A stretch of DNA of 64,000 bases from Isurus oxyrinchus (taxonomy: Eukaryota): assembly GCA_026770705.1 (NCBI GenBank), contig JANJGN010000016.1, positions 86,986,001 to 87,050,000 on the forward strand, in the 5' to 3' direction. Numbering within the stretch: the stretch's first letter is position 1; each line of letters opens with the position of its first letter. The position numbers and the translations under genes are program-made. Of the stretch, positions 60,800 through 64,000 are shown piece by piece. The notes under the pieces were generated by a model. It ran no database searches and was not told the DNA's origin. It was given only the letters and a program-made list of their open reading frames with translations.

Positions 60800-62235
60800 T
60801 TTACCTCCTGCCACTCAACCAATTTGAAACACAACTTGCTCCTTTCCCTGGCATCCAATGAGTTTTAACTTTCTGACCAGTCTGTCCATGTCAGAAGTCT
60901 TGCTAAAATCCACATCGATTACATCAAACTCGCTATCGTTGTCAACCCTTCTTGTTACCTCCTCATGATGATGAGAATTTCTCTTAGAAAGATTTCTGAC
61001 ATTTGCCCACCACTGAGGTTAGAGTGACTGGTCTGTAATTTCTCAGTCTATCCCTTCCTCCCTTTTTAAACAACATTATCAGTCCTCCAGCCCTCTGACA
61101 CCACACCCCTATCCAGAGAGGATTGGGAAATAATGGTCAGAGCCTCTGCTATTTCTTCCCTTGTTTCCTTTCTTGCCTGGGATACAATTCATCCGGGTCT
61201 GGGGATTTATCCACTTTCCAAGATGCTGAACACATTAATATCTCCTCTCTCACCATGTTTATCCCATCCAATATTTCACAATTCTGCTCCTCCTCAACTA
61301 GAATGTCCGCATTGTCCCTCTCTTGTGTGAAAACAGATGTAAATTATTCATTCAGAACCATCTATGTGCTTCCAACCCCACCCCCTCCCCCCAATNNNNN
61401 NNNNNNNNNNNNNNNNNNNNNNNNNNNNNNNNNNNNNNNNNNNNNNNNNNNNNNNNNNNNNNNNNNNNNNNNNNNNNNNNNNNNNNNNNNNNNNNNNNNN
61501 NNNNNNNNNNNNNNNNNNNNNNNNNNNNNNNNNNNNNNNNNNNNNNNNNNNNNNNNNNNNNNNNNNNNNNNNNNNNNNNNNNNNNNNNNNNNNNNNNNNN
61601 NNNNNNNNNNNNNNNNNNNNNNNNNNNNNNNNNNNNNNNNNNNNNGGAGAGAGAAGGAGGGAAAGAGGGGGAGAGGGAGGGAGAGAGAGGGAGAGTGTGA
61701 CAGAGTGACAGAGAGAGAGAGTGGGTGAGAAAGAGATACAGGGGGAGTCAGGAAGAGTGACAGAGAGTGAGTGAGAGAGATCTGCTTTTTTGGTCTCCAA
61801 TTGGCCTTACTCAATCTTTAGTTATCCTCTTGCAATGTCCCACGCTATTTCTTTGTGTGAAGATATTTGTTCTGAGCCCATTTTATATCTTTCCTGAATG
61901 TTTCCCATTGCTCTGACACTGATTTATCTTCAGGTTTCTGTTTCCTGTCCATTTTGGCAAATTGGCCTTTCCCTAATGTACAAATTTTACACTTGGTCTA
62001 TCTTTATCCTTTTCCATAACTGCTCTAAATCTAACTGAATTATGATCACTATTAGCCAAATACTCTCCCACTGATACACCTTCCACCTGGCCAGATTCAT
62101 TCCCTGAAATTGTCCAAAACTGTCCCTTCTCTTGCTGAGTTTGTTATGTTCTGCCGAAAAAAAATCACCTGGATGGATTATAAGAATTTTACATCATCTA
62201 AACATTTACACAGATTTGATCCCAGTTAATATTCG
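60800..62235 (-). mobile_element. Old CR1 fragments in the J-C intron of cluster 2 (interrupted by gap 61396-61645)
   Basis: Minus-strand DVIDVDFSKTSD-like and DKSPDPDELYPK-like CR1 ORF2 remnants. Confidence 0.55.
61396..61645. other. Assembly gap (N run)
   Basis: 250 N. Confidence 1.
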
Positions 62236-62291
62236 GGAAGTTGAAATACATTATAATGACAGTGATTAAAATTCCTTCTCTTCCATTTCAG

Positions 62292-62620
62292 GCAGAGAGA
62301 AGTCACCACCCACAGTGACCCTGCTGCCCCCCTCCCCAGAGGAGGTCAAGACCAAGGGCACTGCCACCCTGGTGTGCCTTGCCAATCACTTCTATCCCGA
62401 TGAGGTGAAGGTGGAGTGGAAGAAGGACGGTGCAGCCATTTCGGACGGGGTTCAGACCAGCAACTACCTGCGAGCTTCAGACAGCACCTACAGCGTCAGC
62501 AGCCTGCTGACCCTCTCTGGCTCCGGCTGGGAGTCCAACGCCAGCTTCTCCTGTGTCGTCACCCACGAGAGTCTTTCCTCTCCCCTCAGCAAGAGCATCA
62601 GGAGATCAGAATGTGCGTAG
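62292..62620 (+). CDS. IGKC: Ig light chain constant exon, kappa type, cluster 2
   Basis: TTTCAG acceptor; protein identical to cluster 1 C; TAG at 62618-62620. Confidence 0.96.
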
Positions 62621-62799
62621 AGTGTTAGAGACAGTCCACAGAGGAGATACAACTTTAAATAGAACAGGGGTGAGCTGGGAGGGCAAAGGTCATTGTCAGC
62701 ACCAAATTACAACTCTCTTCCTTCTCAGGACTGGCTCTGAGACACTTTTGAGGGTCAGGGGTTAACGCACGTTATTGGTGCAGTGTACAGTGAGGTTCA

Positions 62800-62985
62800 T
62801 TCTGTATCTAACACTGTGCTGTACCTGTCCTGGGAGTTTTTGATGGGGACAGTGTAGAGGGAGCTTTACTCTGTATCTAACCCCGTGTTGTACCTGTCCT
62901 GGGAGTGTTTGATGGGGACAGTGTAGAGGGACCTTTACTCTGTATCTAGCCCCCTGCAGCACCTGTCCTGGGAGTGTTTGATGGG
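62800..62985. repeat. About 69-bp minisatellite (about 2.6 units) in the predicted 3' UTR of cluster 2
   Basis: TCTGTATCTA recurs at 62801, 62870 and 62939. Confidence 0.88.
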
Positions 62986-63188
62986 TCAGTTTAATCTCGT
63001 GATGCTAAGTAAAACCTCTCTAAGATGCTGAAGACTGTCAGCTGTACAAAAATAATGTGACCCTCCGAAGTGTCTGCTTCAGTAAACCAGACCCCTTCCT
63101 GCTCACCCTGCAGTTACAATTTAAGGTTTAGTCACTGTTTAAAGGGACAGGATTCTCATGTTCTGGAGAAAATCTCCACAAGCGTTTT

Positions 63189-63289
63189 AATAAACCTCCA
63201 TTCTCCCTATGAATTTCTCCAGCTTCCTCTGGCTGGGCTGTTTATTCAAGTCTTTTTTCTGTAAATGTCAATGTGTAAAAGGTAATAAA
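63189..63289 (+). terminator. Two AATAAA polyadenylation signals of cluster 2
   Basis: AATAAA at 63189-63194 and 63284-63289. Confidence 0.7.
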
Positions 63290-63589
63290 CATTAAGAATA
63301 TTCAGTCTCTGTCTGGTGAGTGCTTTGGAAATGTCCCACCTCCCCATCAGCTGATTGGCTGCATTTCAGCAAGTGATTGTCCTGATTGGCTGGTTGGCCT
63401 GTCAATCAATGACACCAACAGAAGATTTGTTTTAAAGCCAATTATCAATCATTTTAAAATGATCAGTTTTATCCTGAATCTCTTGAATTTACAAGATTAA
63501 AAACAGAAAAGAAACTGGAAGTTGCTGGGATTAAATCATCACAACCACAATTAAGTCAGGAGTGCAAACTGTAGCCAGTCCAGGAGATG

Positions 63590-63930
63590 TGCTCTCAGGC
63601 CCTGTGCTACTTTTACACTCGATCCTGTTGCAATAACCACCAACATTCCATCTACCTTCCGAATCACTTGCTGCATCTGCAAACCGACTTTTTGTGATTC
63701 ATGCACCAGGACACCCAGATCCCTCTGGATCGCAGAGTTCTGCAGCCTCGTTCCATTCAAATAATTTACTGCTTTTCTATTCTTCCTACCAAACGGACAA
63801 TACACATTCTCCCACATTATTCCCCACCTGCCAAATATTTCCCCACTCGCTTAACCGCTCTAAATCCCTTTATTGGCCCATTCTGTCCTCTTGACAACTT
63901 ACTTTCCAAGCAATATTTCTGTCATCAACA
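63590..63930 (-). mobile_element. CR1 RT fragment
   Basis: YLNGTRLQNSAIQRDLGVLVHESQKVGLQMQQVIRK. Confidence 0.7.
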
Positions 63931-64000
63931 AGTCTATTTATTTTTTATTCATTTATGGCTTGTGGGTGTCGCTGACTAGGTCAGCATCTATTGCCCATCC

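Larger units (their letters stand above)
14769..63552. repeat. Large imperfect inverted segmental duplication: arm A about 14769-32297, arm B about 49129-63552, spacer about 16.8 kb
   Basis: Reverse-complement matches in collinear order: 3' flank, C, J, minisatellites, V, promoter, 25.7-28.6 kb vs 54.3-56.7 kb, 29.0-30.6 kb vs 49.7-53.8 kb, and the 36-bp satellite. Confidence 0.93.

Overview
Eukaryotic (cartilaginous-fish, shark-type) genomic DNA containing two complete, unrearranged immunoglobulin kappa-type (NS4/type III-like) light-chain clusters, each with promoter, leader, V, 12-RSS, 23-RSS, J and C. They lie head-to-head on opposite strands (cluster 1 minus, about 15.1-22.0 kb; cluster 2 plus, about 57.3-63.3 kb) inside a large imperfect inverted duplication (about 14.8-32.3 kb vs 49.1-63.6 kb). 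The two V genes differ almost only in CDR2/CDR3, the J segments differ at their CDR3 end, and the C proteins are identical. The rest is repeat DNA: a 36-bp satellite in three arrays (which generates most of the listed ORFs, all spurious), many minisatellites, decayed CR1/L2 LINEs, PIF/Harbinger relics (transposase plus Myb/SANT gene), a Gypsy pol fragment, SINEs and three assembly gaps. The most interesting hypothesis is that the head-to-head geometry allows inversional V-J joining between clusters, i.e. combinatorial joining in a cluster-type locus. All alignments and counts were made by eye and family assignments are from recall; none was checked by database search.
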